Source: Octopus sinensis
Taxonomy: Eukaryota
Direction of reading: 5' to 3'
NCBI RefSeq assembly: GCF_006345805.1
Contig: NW_021833744.1
Coordinates: 139,040 to 203,039 of the forward strand
DNA: 64,000 nt
Below are positions 52,406 through 64,000 of this stretch, in pieces. The translations under genes were made by a program, and so were the position numbers. A model generated the notes under the pieces. That model saw only the letters and a program-made list of their open reading frames with translations, made no database searches and was not told the origin of the DNA. The stretch's first letter is position 1, and the number at the start of each line of letters is the position of its first letter.

Positions 52406-52699
52406 TTAAACAAAAATTTGAATGGCGTTATATCGGATAAGGCACATAATTTGGCGTGGCAATAACTGAGTGGCGGGGTTTGCCATTATTAAGAGGAATT
52501 CAAAGAAGAACCAAAAAATGACGTGCAATATGCGGGGTGGCATTATAAGGGGATGACTTTATAGAGGGTCGTCACCGCCTCAACCCAAAGGCCGTCACGA
52601 CCCCAACTTATCTACAGAACTGGTTTATTTGAATTTATAATTTCTAATCGAAATTTTCATTTCCTTTAATTTACATTTCCTGAAATATAATTACATTGC

Positions 52700-55525
52700 A
52701 AAAATGATTATAAACTTGGCTACATTTCAAAATTTATTTATTTATTTCAGAAACAAAATTAATAAATTGTTTTTAGTGTTGGCAAAAAAATAATTTTATT
52801 CCATTCCACTCTATAGTTTAAAATCCAAAAAATCCAAAAAAATGCTAATGAATATATGTTAATAACTTGATAGTATGCAACATCAAATGTATATTTCATT
52901 ACGAGGGTTGGGTAAATGTTCAAATTGCAACCTTTTTTTATCATTAATGAAACTGATGCCGCACACTAAATTAAAATTATCATAAAAAATACATGAATAT
53001 GTGAAAGGATCGCTAGAATGCAATAATACTTAAACAGCTTTTCATAAACTGTTTCATCTACGTTATCCGATGGCGTTATATTGAATGGTAACAAAACACT
53101 TTTAAAAATACAAAATGACGACATTTGAATGAAGTTTAAAAGAGCTATTAAAATTATAATAGTAAAAATTTAACCTGCCAGTGTGTAATAATCTCCACGC
53201 AATAGGAAAGCCGAGGCGCTCCAATGTATTTCAGTAAGTGAATGGTTGTTTCCAATCAAATAATGGAACATCATGTTTAGAAAATACCAAAATGATAAAT
53301 AAAAAAAGTCGTTGTTTAACTCGTGAAAAGTATTGTGAGTAGTACAATCCCGAGGTTTGTTGGTTATATGAGAAAAATAAACATATAGTATCAGAAAGTA
53401 AATTATAAATGCCAGCAAATGTAATATATTGTTAGAATATATACACAAAATTACTATAATAAAAGCAAAAGATTTGTAGTAGGAACTTTTCTCTTGATTG
53501 AATAATTTATTTGGTGTGATATAAGAATAAATAAAAACCAAAGCGGCCGATAATGTTGAAAAATAAAATAAAAATGAAAAGAAACGTTGTCTTATAAAGC
53601 TCAGTTGAAGATATTCTTTAAAATAATACAAGTAAGTGGCAAAAAAAATAATCATGAAACAAACTGAAGATGAAAAAAGAAATTTTAATAGTTTGTTAGA
53701 TGTCTCTAACGTTATGATAAAGTAATATCCAATTGATAAAAAAATTAGCATTGTTGTATATACTATAATTGTTTGATTTGTGTTCAATACGGAAAGTTCC
53801 CTTGAGAAAAGATTACCATTAACTGACCACGTGGTAAATCGATAAAAAGCAGCGAAAAGTGTAGAAAATAATATAGTCGTGAGCGAAAACATTAGGAAAT
53901 ACAAATTATTTAAATTTGTATTAAACAAGACGACTAAGATGAGTGAAATTATAGCCAAACACATTGAGCTAAAAGCGTTAATTTCGACAAAAAATAGGAA
54001 AACAAATATTAAACATCCCCATATAATTGATACAATTAAACCGAGATTAATTTTGAATTGCTTAATAACGGAAATAGTGAGCAGTACGAATATGCAAATG
54101 CTTGATGGAACAAAAAAAGACGAAGGAAGATAAGATTGGAAATAAACTAAAATACCGATTAATAGACATCGAAGCGTAGAAGGGACAAATTTGTTATCGG
54201 TAATACAAATTATCGGATAAATAAGATATAATGAATAAATAAAGCATTGAATTGCTATTTGAGTATCACAAATTCTCCATTTCTTGTAAATTGATTTCTT
54301 GGTTTCATTCATAAAACGATAATATAAATTGGATGCTTCTGAATAATTTTTTGATAAATATTGAAATTCTGCTTCTTTTATATACTTTGCTATTATTTCT
54401 TTTGCCTGCAGAGACTCATAAAATGTCAAAATTTGTAAAGCATTATTTCTGATAATATCAATATTCTAAAATATATGTTGATCGTATAAAGACACTACTT
54501 TTCCTGGGTTTGTAAGTTCATTAATTACCGAACCAAGATTCTGAAAAGGGATTGGAACACCAAGTAAAGCTGCCAATGTTGGAGTAAAACTATCCTGCTC
54601 AATTTGATTTAATTCAGTCTACGATTATTTAATACATAATAATCTTACTGTTGAATAGTGATTTGCAGAAAGATTTTTTTTACTGTAAACAAATAAAGCA
54701 GTTTTTTCTTCTCCTTCCCCATCTCCGTGAGATCCATTAGGAACTGATCCATGATCGCCAAATACAAATAAAATTGTCTCATTGTCAATAACGGATTTAA
54801 TTTTGCTACAAATAAATAGAAAAAGTATTATACCCAATAACTTTATTATAAAACTGAAGACGGTCTCTTATCGAAGGATGATTTAGACCTACGAGGTGAT
54901 AAAGGTGGTCCATTCCAAGGAAATGAGCAACATAGACGTCACCTTCATTATTTTCGATCATGGTGGGTAAATTGTCGTCAATGAGATTGTCGATAGTATA
55001 AATATCATCAAGATCGTTGTCGTTAGTGTGCGTTTTTACAGAGAAATGATTATTATACATATTTACAAGAGATACACCTCCGACATAGACAATTTTTTTG
55101 TGATTAATATTTAGTTGGTTGAATATGTTATCTTCTACAAAACCGTAGTCCATCCAACTATGCCAAAATCCTGTAAAAATTGAATACAAACGATTAATAG
55201 TCATCGATGGAAACGGAGCCTCAAATGAATATAGACGTGTATTATATGGTTCATTTATTTGCATTTTATATAGATTTGTAAGCTGATTAAGATATGTTGC
55301 TTCCCTAGAACTGTTTGTTACTACAGAGTCGAGACGTAGTCCATCAATTATTATAATCACTGCTTTTGAAAATTTGCCCTTAAGATCCGATTTTTTGCTT
55401 ATTCCATACAAGTTCCCTCTTCTTTGAGTATTTACAGTCTGGCAGTGAATTATATTCAGATAGTTTATATAAATAAAGAATGATAGCAATATCCACCTTA
55501 TTAGAATATTAATAACACTCTCCAT
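52700..55525 (-). CDS. PIGO: GPI ethanolamine phosphate transferase 3
   Basis: IIIDGLRLD, PSMTINR, VEDNIFNQL, VAHFLGMDHLYH, FGDHG..NGSHG, PTLAALLGVPIPFQNLG, then a multi-TM region with EIHWSAS. The 3' end is approximate. Confidence 0.85.
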
Positions 55526-55849
55526 TCGAGTTTAAATGGGCATAGCGGGAAAATTGTATATTTAAACCGCAGTTCACGAACGAGCTTAAAATTCCCTTAA
55601 ATTTTCCAATTCTCAGATTTGCCAATTTCTAAGAAAATTTTTTTTAATTTATTAGAAATTTTCTGATTTCCGAATTTGTCAATGTTTTTTCAAAGTTTTA
55701 AAAAAATGACTAAAAATTTGCATTTGAGATCCTTTTAATTTTGACTTTACATATTTCCGACAAAAGAACAAGTAAACACATTGTTATTTTTTTTGAAATA
55801 TTTGCTGTTGAGGTTGTTTCCACAATGGGTCCTATCAGTTCTAACATCG

Positions 55850-56580
55850 AGGGGAATTCAGCGGCGTTAAGCACGCGCTTCACAACGTCGTTCAATGAAG
55901 CGTGCCTGGGGATCCTGCCGGCACTGAGGCGACAAGAGAGAGGGTGTAAACCTCTCCTGTGACGAGATCGGTAACGCATTCAGCCAATCGCCCGAATGCG
56001 GTTGACAGACACAATTAATGCTTGCCAACTGAAACTGATCGGCGTGTGACCGGATATCTTCAATTATGTGAGAACAATATATGTTGTCCCAGTGCTTTTG
56101 AGCCGACGGAATGTTCGGAACTTTAAGCCCCCGAGGAACCCACACGTTGACACCAGCCGCATATTCCACCAACTCGCACTGTTCAGAAGAGAGAAAAAGA
56201 ACAGAGTTGACGAAATTAGTAGAAGCGGACAACGATGATAGGTAACACGGAAGGGATAAGTCACGGCAAGAGGAAATACCGATGCCCCCATAACGGATGG
56301 GCAAATTAGCACGCACCATATCATCAGATTTGAGTTTTATGTTTACCAGTAGCCCAAGGACTTTGGAAACCAGATTATCCAGGCGAGATAAGTATTCTTG
56401 TTCTCGGAAGCACGACGTAGAGCGCATGAGAAAAGTAAGTTTCGGAATAAAGAGATAGTTCTTGAGTAGAAAAAGCCCCAGGTGTGATTAGAGTTTACAG
56501 ATACGCGAAATGAGGATTTCTATCTCCTCTTCCTTGTTAGCCAGAGCCTTCTTAGTGCCCTTTCAACAAGCATTTAGGTA
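55850..56580 (-). mobile_element. Degenerate CRE-clade fragment
   Basis: [54 protein letters not shown]. Confidence 0.8.
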
Positions 56581-56939
56581 AATTCTAATTAAATCGGTTC
56601 TAAGAATAACCCAGTATATCCTTGAGCCATAATGCTGTTCGCGTTCAAATAAAGAATAAAAATAAACAAATTTCGAGTAACACGGACATAGCAAGTTGGG
56701 ATTTCTGGAATGATTTTTGTTTTGATTAGTCGCAGGATTGTTGCACACAATCCCATACAACAGGGATTATCGTGTCTTTTAAGTTTTATTTCGCACAAGT
56801 CAATTTAAAAGTGACTTTTCAGTCAGCGCCCCTGCTTATAGTTTAATTCACCTCCACACATTATGTACGGCGTATCCACAATATTATGTTATTTGCTCAA
56901 TAGATCGACAGAATGTATTAGACCGACATGTATTAGTAA

Positions 56940-58148
56940 CTATGAAACAGTTTTGTTAAGCCTCGGATTGGTCAATTTATTAGCTCTGGACTTGATGTCA
57001 GCATTGGCCATGTTCGCACTGTTCTGAGCCAGTTTGCACACATACGACTTGTCCAAAATAAATTTCTAAAGTTGCAAATAATCTCAACTTGGATGAAACT
57101 CAACTTTTCGGCGTAGCCCTCCAATTTGGTAACCGCGGAGTCTTCAGTGAAGGCGGCACAGTTGTCAGCCAGGGAGTTGATGATCATGAAAATTTTACTG
57201 ACGAGGACTTGACGGTCCCGTTCGATCGAATTTCTTCGAGAAAACTTTTGGATAAAGTCGTCGTTGACCGCCTTCTGAACGTAGTACTCGTTTTGCATGG
57301 CGTTGATTTGGCTGAGAATGGAGATTTTGATGTTCTCGTGCGATTTCCGCATTTCGTCGAGCATACATTTTTCCCGCTCGAGCTTGGAGTGGGGAAGAGG
57401 GCCTACCTTGTTCCCTATTTCCACACTGTGCTCGAGCAAGTACTCGTTCGTGTCCTTGAGGGTGTTGAAGCGCGTTATGATGGAGGCAATGTCCTTCTCC
57501 CCCTCCAGGAAGAACTCTACGACTCAGTCGGGCCACCAGCCTGCAGGCATGATGTCCATCGTCTCGTTTATGAAATCCCTGTACGCCTCGTTCGCCGCAA
57601 TGTCCTTTTTGAGTGACACTTGTCTGCGTTCTTCCATTTTGTGCAGGACTTTGACCGCCTCGAATTCTCGTTTTTTGTTTTCCGACAGGACGAGTTCTCT
57701 TTTATACTTTTGTATTGCTCGTTGTCTCTTGGATTCGTTTTCGTCGATGTATTTCTGGAACCGCTCCCGCTTTTCGACCAACTTTGTGTGTGATCACGCG
57801 CCCTCACCTCATTCTTTGATTTGTTGAGTCTTTGTCTCCTCTTCTTGAACTCCTCCATTTTCTCGTTGAATTCATCCTTCTTTTTCGACAAATTGAGGTC
57901 GGCCTCCTCATTCTCGACCTACCAAGACATTCCTCTCCGGCATCACCTCTTTTTTCAGCAAAGCAGTGTCAGTGAACGTTTTCAGTGCTTCCTTACTCGC
58001 ATATTTCTTGGCCTTCTCGATTATTTTGTCTATTTTTATGTTTGTGCTGTCCCTGACAATTCACATTTCACGTCTACAGCTGGGGCTGAGTCAGGAAAAA
58101 TTTAGTCGCCTCATTTTCGTCATCCGAATTGGGCAGGGCGGCCGACAT
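56940..58148 (-). CDS. CCDC42/CFAP73-family ciliary coiled-coil protein (DUF4200)
   Basis: Spliced product MSAALPNSDDENEATKFFLTQ...LLKKEVE...KKDEFNEKME...RFQKYIDENESKRQRAIQKY. Introns of 23-28 nt, one of them GC-AG. Confidence 0.75.
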
Positions 58149-58338
58149 GACAAATGTATTATTTGGGCATGGCAACACAAATTTATTGTGCTCGACATTG
58201 CAAATCAACGCCGCCATTAAACATTATTTGCCGTCTTCTTCTTTCTGAGATGAGTATTCATTCCTCTCACATCCAACGAGGACGGCCATTAGGACGGGAC
58301 ATGAATTTGTGTTTAACTATAATTTGGGATATTTTATA

Positions 58339-58560
58339 TTAAAGAGGAATAAATAAAACATGCAGCCAGTGGACAGTGGCACCCGCAGGAAGGCCTATGA
58401 ATTCCTCGAAGCCATGTCTCAGAAAGCAGGCCTGCCAAATAATGCCGGGGAAGCCGAAGAGGCAATATTTCGCAGGAGTAGCAGTCGGTGTCTTTAGATT
58501 TGGTGACAATAATAGGGAGACATACGAAATGGAGTTCAATTTCCAGAAATTCATTCTTTC
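58339..58560 (-). CDS. Possible small hydrophobic protein, unresolved
   Basis: GC-rich, coding-like segment with two overlapping open frames. I could not determine the true frame or the splicing. Confidence 0.2.
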   Translation of the reverse strand, partial: ERMNFWKLNSISYVSLLLSPNLKTPTATPAKYCLFGFPGIIWQACFLRHGFEEFIGLPAGATVHWLHVLFIPL

Positions 58561-58612
58561 GAGAGACCTCCGTTCCCTCAAAAACTCCCAAACCACCAAA
58601 ATAGCCGACAAA

Positions 58613-59421
58613 ATGGGTATTCGTGCATGTCCAGCCTAAAGAGGCGCAGACGGTCTACTCGACGATCCAGTCCATCTTAGAAGCCCCCATCGAGCGGCTG
58701 ACCGACATTTCTGTGTGTTGGAGGCGTCTCCGCTCATTCGCGTCGGCCATCTCCGCCCTCTTCAGAATATTAGTCGCAGTTCTCGTTCTGCTTATCCTTG
58801 CAGAATTCCGGGAGCACTGACCACATGTCGAGACTCCAACAACTGCTGCTGACATTGGAGTCGGTGACTTGTCCCGTCGCCTACGAAGTGTTGTTGAAAT
58901 GGGAGAACTTTGTTGTCACTCTCATTCGCTCCCACGACTCACAGATTATCCACATGCTCCGACAGGAGTGGCCCGATTTGGTCGGTTCTACGCCTCCCCC
59001 GAAAGAAGTCGAGGACACTCCCTCACACGATATTCTCAAGGATCTACAAAAACTAGCATTCGGAGATTCCACGAAAATGTTTTTCTACGGTTTCCGTGAC
59101 ACGAATTCGGGGACTGGAGAGAAATGTGCTACTCCTCCCGAGGATGGGGGTAGTAATTCAGCCATGGAAAAGGAGATTCGGTTGTTGTCGTCCAGCTGGG
59201 AGTGCAAGCTGATTTCCCTTCCCCCGTCTGGTGCCTACATTCTCAGATGCTCTTCGTTGGAAATACTGGCGCCGTCTGTGGATGTCGTCGTCGGGTGTGG
59301 GTACCCTTCTGAGCCAGCCTTCTTGGCGGATGTCTCCATACCATCATCGTGTCTGGATACGACCACTTGTTCGATCACTCAGTGTCTTTGTAATTACCTC
59401 GATTCACTCAAGACTTTGTGA
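58613..59421 (+). CDS. Putative Mediator subunit 15 C-terminal-domain protein, lacking KIX and poly-Q regions
   Basis: DHMSRLQQLLLTLES..CPVAYEVLLKWE resembles KDLSKMKSLLDILTD..RCPLKTLQKCE. EKEIRLL...ILRC...SVDVVVGCGYPSEP resembles QGEVARL...HLIC...PLELSVPADYPAQSP. Similarity is from memory and low. Confidence 0.4.
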
Positions 59422-59733
59422 TTGGTCTATTAATGGCTTAGTTGTTCAATGCGGCATTCTGTCCAGTTGTAATGAGTGGATTACCCTCATTCTTTCAAGT
59501 CAATATATAGTGGAAAGGATACTGTTAAAATTCATGATTATTCGATGGAAATAAGGAGAATAAATTAGTGGAAGAACAAGGCGGTCTAGTCGAACAATGA
59601 TAATCTAATTAACTGTTATTGGTGGCAAGTAAATCTATTAATACAGACAATTGCACTTGTTAGTCGGAATAGGAATCAGCGTCACCTGTCGTTTATAAGC
59701 CAGCATCGTGGAAATGGAAGAGATAAATCGGAA

Positions 59734-60520
59734 ATGTACATTCCTGATGTGTGTCGAGGGTGCGGGGAATTCATTCACGAAAAGTACAAAATGCAAGTAA
59801 ACGACGAGTTCTGGCACGGGGACTGTCTGAAATGCATGGCCTGTTCGTGTCCCTTGGAGAGCGCAGGGAAATGCTACGTGATCAACCAAAACATATATTG
59901 CTGGGAGGACTACTACAGGTGAGGAGTCTCACACATCTAAGAATAAGTAAATTCGAGACACAGCAGTGCTTAAAGTGCCACCGCAACTTGCAGGCAGGGG
60001 ACTGGGTTCGCAGAGCGGAAAACAATTTATACCACTTGGCTTGTTTCTCGTGCGACATGTGTCAGCGGCAGTTGTCGACTGGGGAGGAGTATTACCTTCT
60101 CCACAACAAAGTGTTATGCAAGAGTGACTACATTGATGAACAGGACTCCCACCACTGCGGTTGACTCACACTCTCTACTTTTAGTTGCCAAAAACCGTCA
60201 CAAGAGAATCAGGACGACGTTCTCCGACCAGCAAATACAGATGCTCCAACAATACTTTGAAATCGACCAGAACCCCGACAGCCAAGAACTGGAGAGGATT
60301 TCTCAGGAAGTGAAGCTACCCAAAAGAGTTTCACAGGTTTGCAAGTTTACAATTCCCTCAGGTTTGGTTTCAAAATTCACGAGCCCGGCATAAGAAGACG
60401 AAACTGTCCGATCAGTCTGGAATCAAAAAAAGTAGTGTTTTTGGAGACTGTTCGTTTTCCTCGTCAGATACATGTCGCAAAGATACATTTTACAGTGACT
60501 TGTGTAGTGCACATTTGTAG
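59734..60520 (+). CDS. LIM-homeodomain protein, Lhx6/8 (Arrowhead) class
   Basis: Two LIM domains (DWVRRA..YHLACFSCDMCQRQLSTGEE) and a homeodomain KRIRTTFSDQQIQMLQQYFEIDQNPDSQELERISQ...VWFQNSRAR. Confidence 0.9.
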
Positions 60521-60693
60521 GCTTTTCGTCGGATGACAATCAGTTCTAATCAGCTGAATAGTATTAATATATTAACATGTATGAAATGTTGGAGGGAGTT
60601 CAGGTGTGAATACCTAGGTCAAGTGTTATATGTCTGCGATTAATTAGTTTTGTTGTGTTTAAAGTGAAATAATAATGAAACCAAATACAACAT

Positions 60694-63600
60694 TCAGTCA
60701 CTATCGCAATCGTTGTCAGCATAGCAGGTGAGGTCGACAGTGAGAAATCGACTGGACATGCAGGCGTCCACTGTCTGACCATCAACACAACAGAGCACCT
60801 GCGGGTATATCCCTATCAACGAGTCGGCACGACTGTAGAACTCTTCCTTGAGAGAAATGACAATACACTGAAAGTGATCCGCCGACTGTCTGCGAATATA
60901 ATTGGCAACCTGGGCTAAGTGCAACACCCCACCCTGCCAATATTTGTGTTGTCCAATGCAGAGTCGATCTCGTCCAACACAAAGAAAGGAGCCGGCTTAT
61001 AACTGTGCATTGCAAACAGGAGAGCCAAGGCTGCCACAGTCTTCTCTCCCCCAGACATGTTGTCCATTGCTCGGTAGCGCTTTCCGGGGGCCACGCAGTT
61101 GTAGTTTATTCCCTCCAAATATGGCTCCTCCTGATTCTCTGCCCCCAACACAGCCTGGGCCGTCTGATTGCCCGCCAACTCCTGAGGAAATGACAAATTG
61201 TACTCACTTTATACACACTGTCGATGCATTTACTCACGTGTGTGAAAAAAGACTGAAACCTCTCCAATCGCGCATTCTTGACCCGTTCAAAGTCTTGCCG
61301 AGCTTTCTTTGTCCGTCGCCGAGCGTTCTCAAAGTCAGTCACCGTCTGGGCGAACCGTTCACACAGTCCTTCCAACCTAGAAATGAATGCACAAGACAAC
61401 CGTTCTCCCCCACGCGAACTGGGATTGGACGACTGGTTCAACGTCTCCACCAACGCCAGGAACTCCCTTTCCAGATTATCGGCAGTCTTTTTGACTTGAC
61501 TCAATTCGACAGTCCTGAGATCATCGGGGAGGGAAGAGTAGTCAATGACGAGAGTTCCCTCCCTCTCATACATTGCTCGAGCTTCGGGGGTTACGAATGT
61601 GTCAGGAAAGTCCTCCCCCGACTGAGGCATCTCTGCAGTCACCGAGTCGACACTCCCACTGATCACTGGCAGGGAAATCCCCTCCAACTTGCACAGTTTG
61701 AGCAGGGAGTGGCGCTCGTATCGCTTATTCTCGAATTTGTTCTCCGCCGTGGCCACTGTCTTCTGCAACTCGGCCAAATCGTGATAATGTTGGGACATGC
61801 TCTCCTTCATTTCGCTCAATTCACTGTTCACACTCTCCATCTCCGTTGTCGTCCTCTTCCTTATTTCTTTGAGGCTCTCAATCTCTGCAGTGATGTCATC
61901 AATGGACTAAGACTGAATGGGACTGACAACTTGAGTCAATTCAGACTCTTCAACAGCCAGTAGGCGACACTCCTCCTCATCCTCCACGATGATCTTACCC
62001 CATTTGTGTATATTATCTACGCGGTGACTGACCACGCAGACTCGTCGTGTCTCGGGACCTCTCATAGTCCAGTTGATTGAGTATTCGTGTCCGCTGGTTG
62101 TCAAAGTCGAGAGTCCGCGTTGCCCGATCCTTCTGAACGAGCAACTCGCCCTCCTCGAACTGCCTAAACATTACTCGCACACTCACACACCGAATGTTGG
62201 GAATATCACACTCCGCACAGAACGAGGAGAACACGGTGTCCTTTATCGAGTTTATGGTGGCCTCCAAATCCGCCAACTTGTCTGCCCTCGTCTGTATTCG
62301 CCCCCTCAACTCCTCCATTTCGGGCTATGGAGTGACACCCACACACTCACTCTCAGGTTGGACAGTTCTGTGGTCAGTGTGGCAATGTCCTCACTGATCT
62401 GCGGTATTTGGCGATTCTCCTGTCATCAGTCACCACACATACCGCGGTCTGTCTGTCGTTCCGAGTGTACTTCATCCGAGCCTCCAATCCCTGCAGTTGA
62501 GCCCGAACAGTGCACAGCTCAAACTCCTTCCGGTTTTCCCGAATTTGTTCTCTCAACTCTTCAGTCAGCCGTTCCTTGGTCACTTTGAGTTTATTCAAAT
62601 CCTTGTCCTCCCACCGTCTGGCCTTCACACGCAGGTCACTACAAGTGGGTCTCCCCGACTACCTGGCACCTCCCGAGATGACCCCCGACGGCTGGAAGAG
62701 TGTCCCGTCCAACGAAACGGCCTTGTGGCGGACAGGGAGATCGAAGGCCACTCGTCTGGCATCCTCGACTGTCTCGCACACGAGGGAGTTGCCACACACA
62801 AAGAGGAGTGCCTTCTTGATGGTGGGCGGATTGTACCGAATCACGTCCACCACCAACTTGACATTGACGGCCACTCGGATATCTCTGCCCTCCTCGACAC
62901 TCCAATACCTCAATCTCTCGTCGATGGCCACGGCTGTGATTGCCTCCAGGGGGATGAATGTTTCTGGCTCATATCGTCGTTCTTTTGCGTAGAGAATACA
63001 CTCGCAGGCGGTCTTTTGGTTGTCGCAGACTATCGCCTCCATGTAACTCCCCATCACTTTCGTCACGGCCACCTGGTATCGCCTGTGGGAGGGCTGACAC
63101 AAGTCCAACAGACGCCCGTACTGCAAACTGGCACAGACATCACCAACCACTCCCTTGTTCAGCTTTTTCAAGTTTTGCACCAATTCGGTCTTTTTCAACA
63201 ACCGGGAGGACTCATTCCTGTCCATCTGAGGAGTCAGACAAGTGATTACATTGGCTTCCCCCAACTGCCCCTCCACTGACTCTATTTCGGTGGTGAGGGC
63301 ATTTATCCTCGTCTTGGCCTTCTCCACGTCCTCCCTCAGGTTGGTCTCCATTGTGCGGTATTCTTCCAGGAGAACTTGGTTGGTTCTACGATTAGGGAAA
63401 AGAGGGACCTCAGGTATTCGTCAAACTTGTCGATTCGACGCCTGGTCTCCTCCATCTCTTTGTTTTTCTGGTCAATCCTGAATTGAATGTCATTTTCTCG
63501 GCAAACGAGTCCGGCAAGTGAGCCCTCGTCCATTTTCTGATCACGACTGACCGAATCGACCTGCTGGACTAAGTGGGTGGTCTCCCCCTCCACACGCATG

Positions 63601-64000
63601 CGTAGTCGACTGTACTCCTCCATCTGGACACACACACTCCCCCTACCTGACTGGCCCCCAACTCACTCTGCTGTGTCCCCACCTCCGATTGTATTGCACT
63701 CATCCACTCCTCCCGGGCATGCTCCACTCTCCTCAGGGCGTCCTCCAAACTGCCAATCTCCCTCAGCCGCCCCTCGTTCTCCTCCTTCGCACTCTCCAAA
63801 TTACGTCTGGCCGTCACCACTCAAATTACCTCGCCATTTCTAGTTTTTTGTGGACGTGGACACTCCTTTCCTTCACGCGGATATACACTGGCCTCTTCTT
63901 CTGCAGATTCCCCTCCTTTCGTACACACAAGGGACATACCAGTTCACGGTAGTTCTGCTCTATTTTGGCCACGTCTCTGCACAATTTGGCGTGCTGCTTC
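60694..64000 (-). CDS. SMC1: Cohesin subunit SMC1, 5' part beyond the window end
   Basis: Hinge ([46 protein letters not shown]), signature [16 protein letters not shown], Walker [15 protein letters not shown], and [14 protein letters not shown]. Confidence 0.97.

Noticed and set aside
49860-52560. Spliced-leader RNA gene as the CRE target
   Set aside because: No repeated unit or shared flank among the four CRE copies, and no convincing donor plus Sm-site arrangement.
52415-52560. GC-containing motifs resembling a pogo-type terminal repeat
   Set aside because: No matching partner end or transposase was found. Too weak to annotate.
60902-63279. Long plus-strand ORFs (353 aa and 260 aa) opposite SMC1, and similar antisense ORFs over HAT1 (12297-13025) and the CCDC42-like gene
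   Set aside because: No recognisable motifs. They are explained as antisense shadows of GC-rich coding sequence.
1-64000. CRISPR arrays, rRNA, intact tRNA, prokaryotic operons or an alternative genetic code
   Set aside because: None seen. In-frame stops inside genes are all removed by micro-introns, and TAA, TAG and TGA all serve as normal terminators.

Overview
Eukaryotic (animal) genomic DNA, not prokaryotic. No rRNA, intact tRNA or CRISPR was found. Genes are tightly packed and split by spliceosomal micro-introns, mostly 22-29 nt. Together with a motile-cilium gene (CCDC42/CFAP73 family), a spiralian-type innexin and a LIM-homeobox gene, this fits a dicyemid mesozoan best (inference, not verified). 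Host genes reconstructed by hand-splicing: ANKHD1/MASK, RPS2, BCKDHB, innexin, HAT1, a tiny USF-like bHLH, CysRS, a GLUT-type transporter, an NMDA-type glutamate receptor subunit, a DRAM/TMEM150 protein, a 3CxxC zinc protein, HIPK, PIGO, CCDC42-like, a putative mini-MED15, Lhx6/8 and SMC1 (partial), plus several unidentified ORFs. The AT-rich middle (about 26.5-56.6 kb) holds many mobile elements: a Vingi/Ingi-like LINE, a second LINE family with a 3' stem-loop, four CRE-clade RLE retroelements, a hAT with TIRs and an 8-bp TSD, a Tigger/pogo and a possible tRNA-derived SINE. The strongest candidates for novelty are: (i) a LINE leader in which a decayed HDV-like ribozyme fold is read in frame into a 2A ribosomal-skip peptide ahead of the endonuclease; (ii) a GluN2-like subunit with rewritten pore and gate motifs; (iii) a CysRS with an apparently duplicated C-terminal module; (iv) CACGTG boxes at nearly the same distance upstream of two translation genes. 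Gene identities rest on motif recall, not database searches, and some boundaries are approximate.
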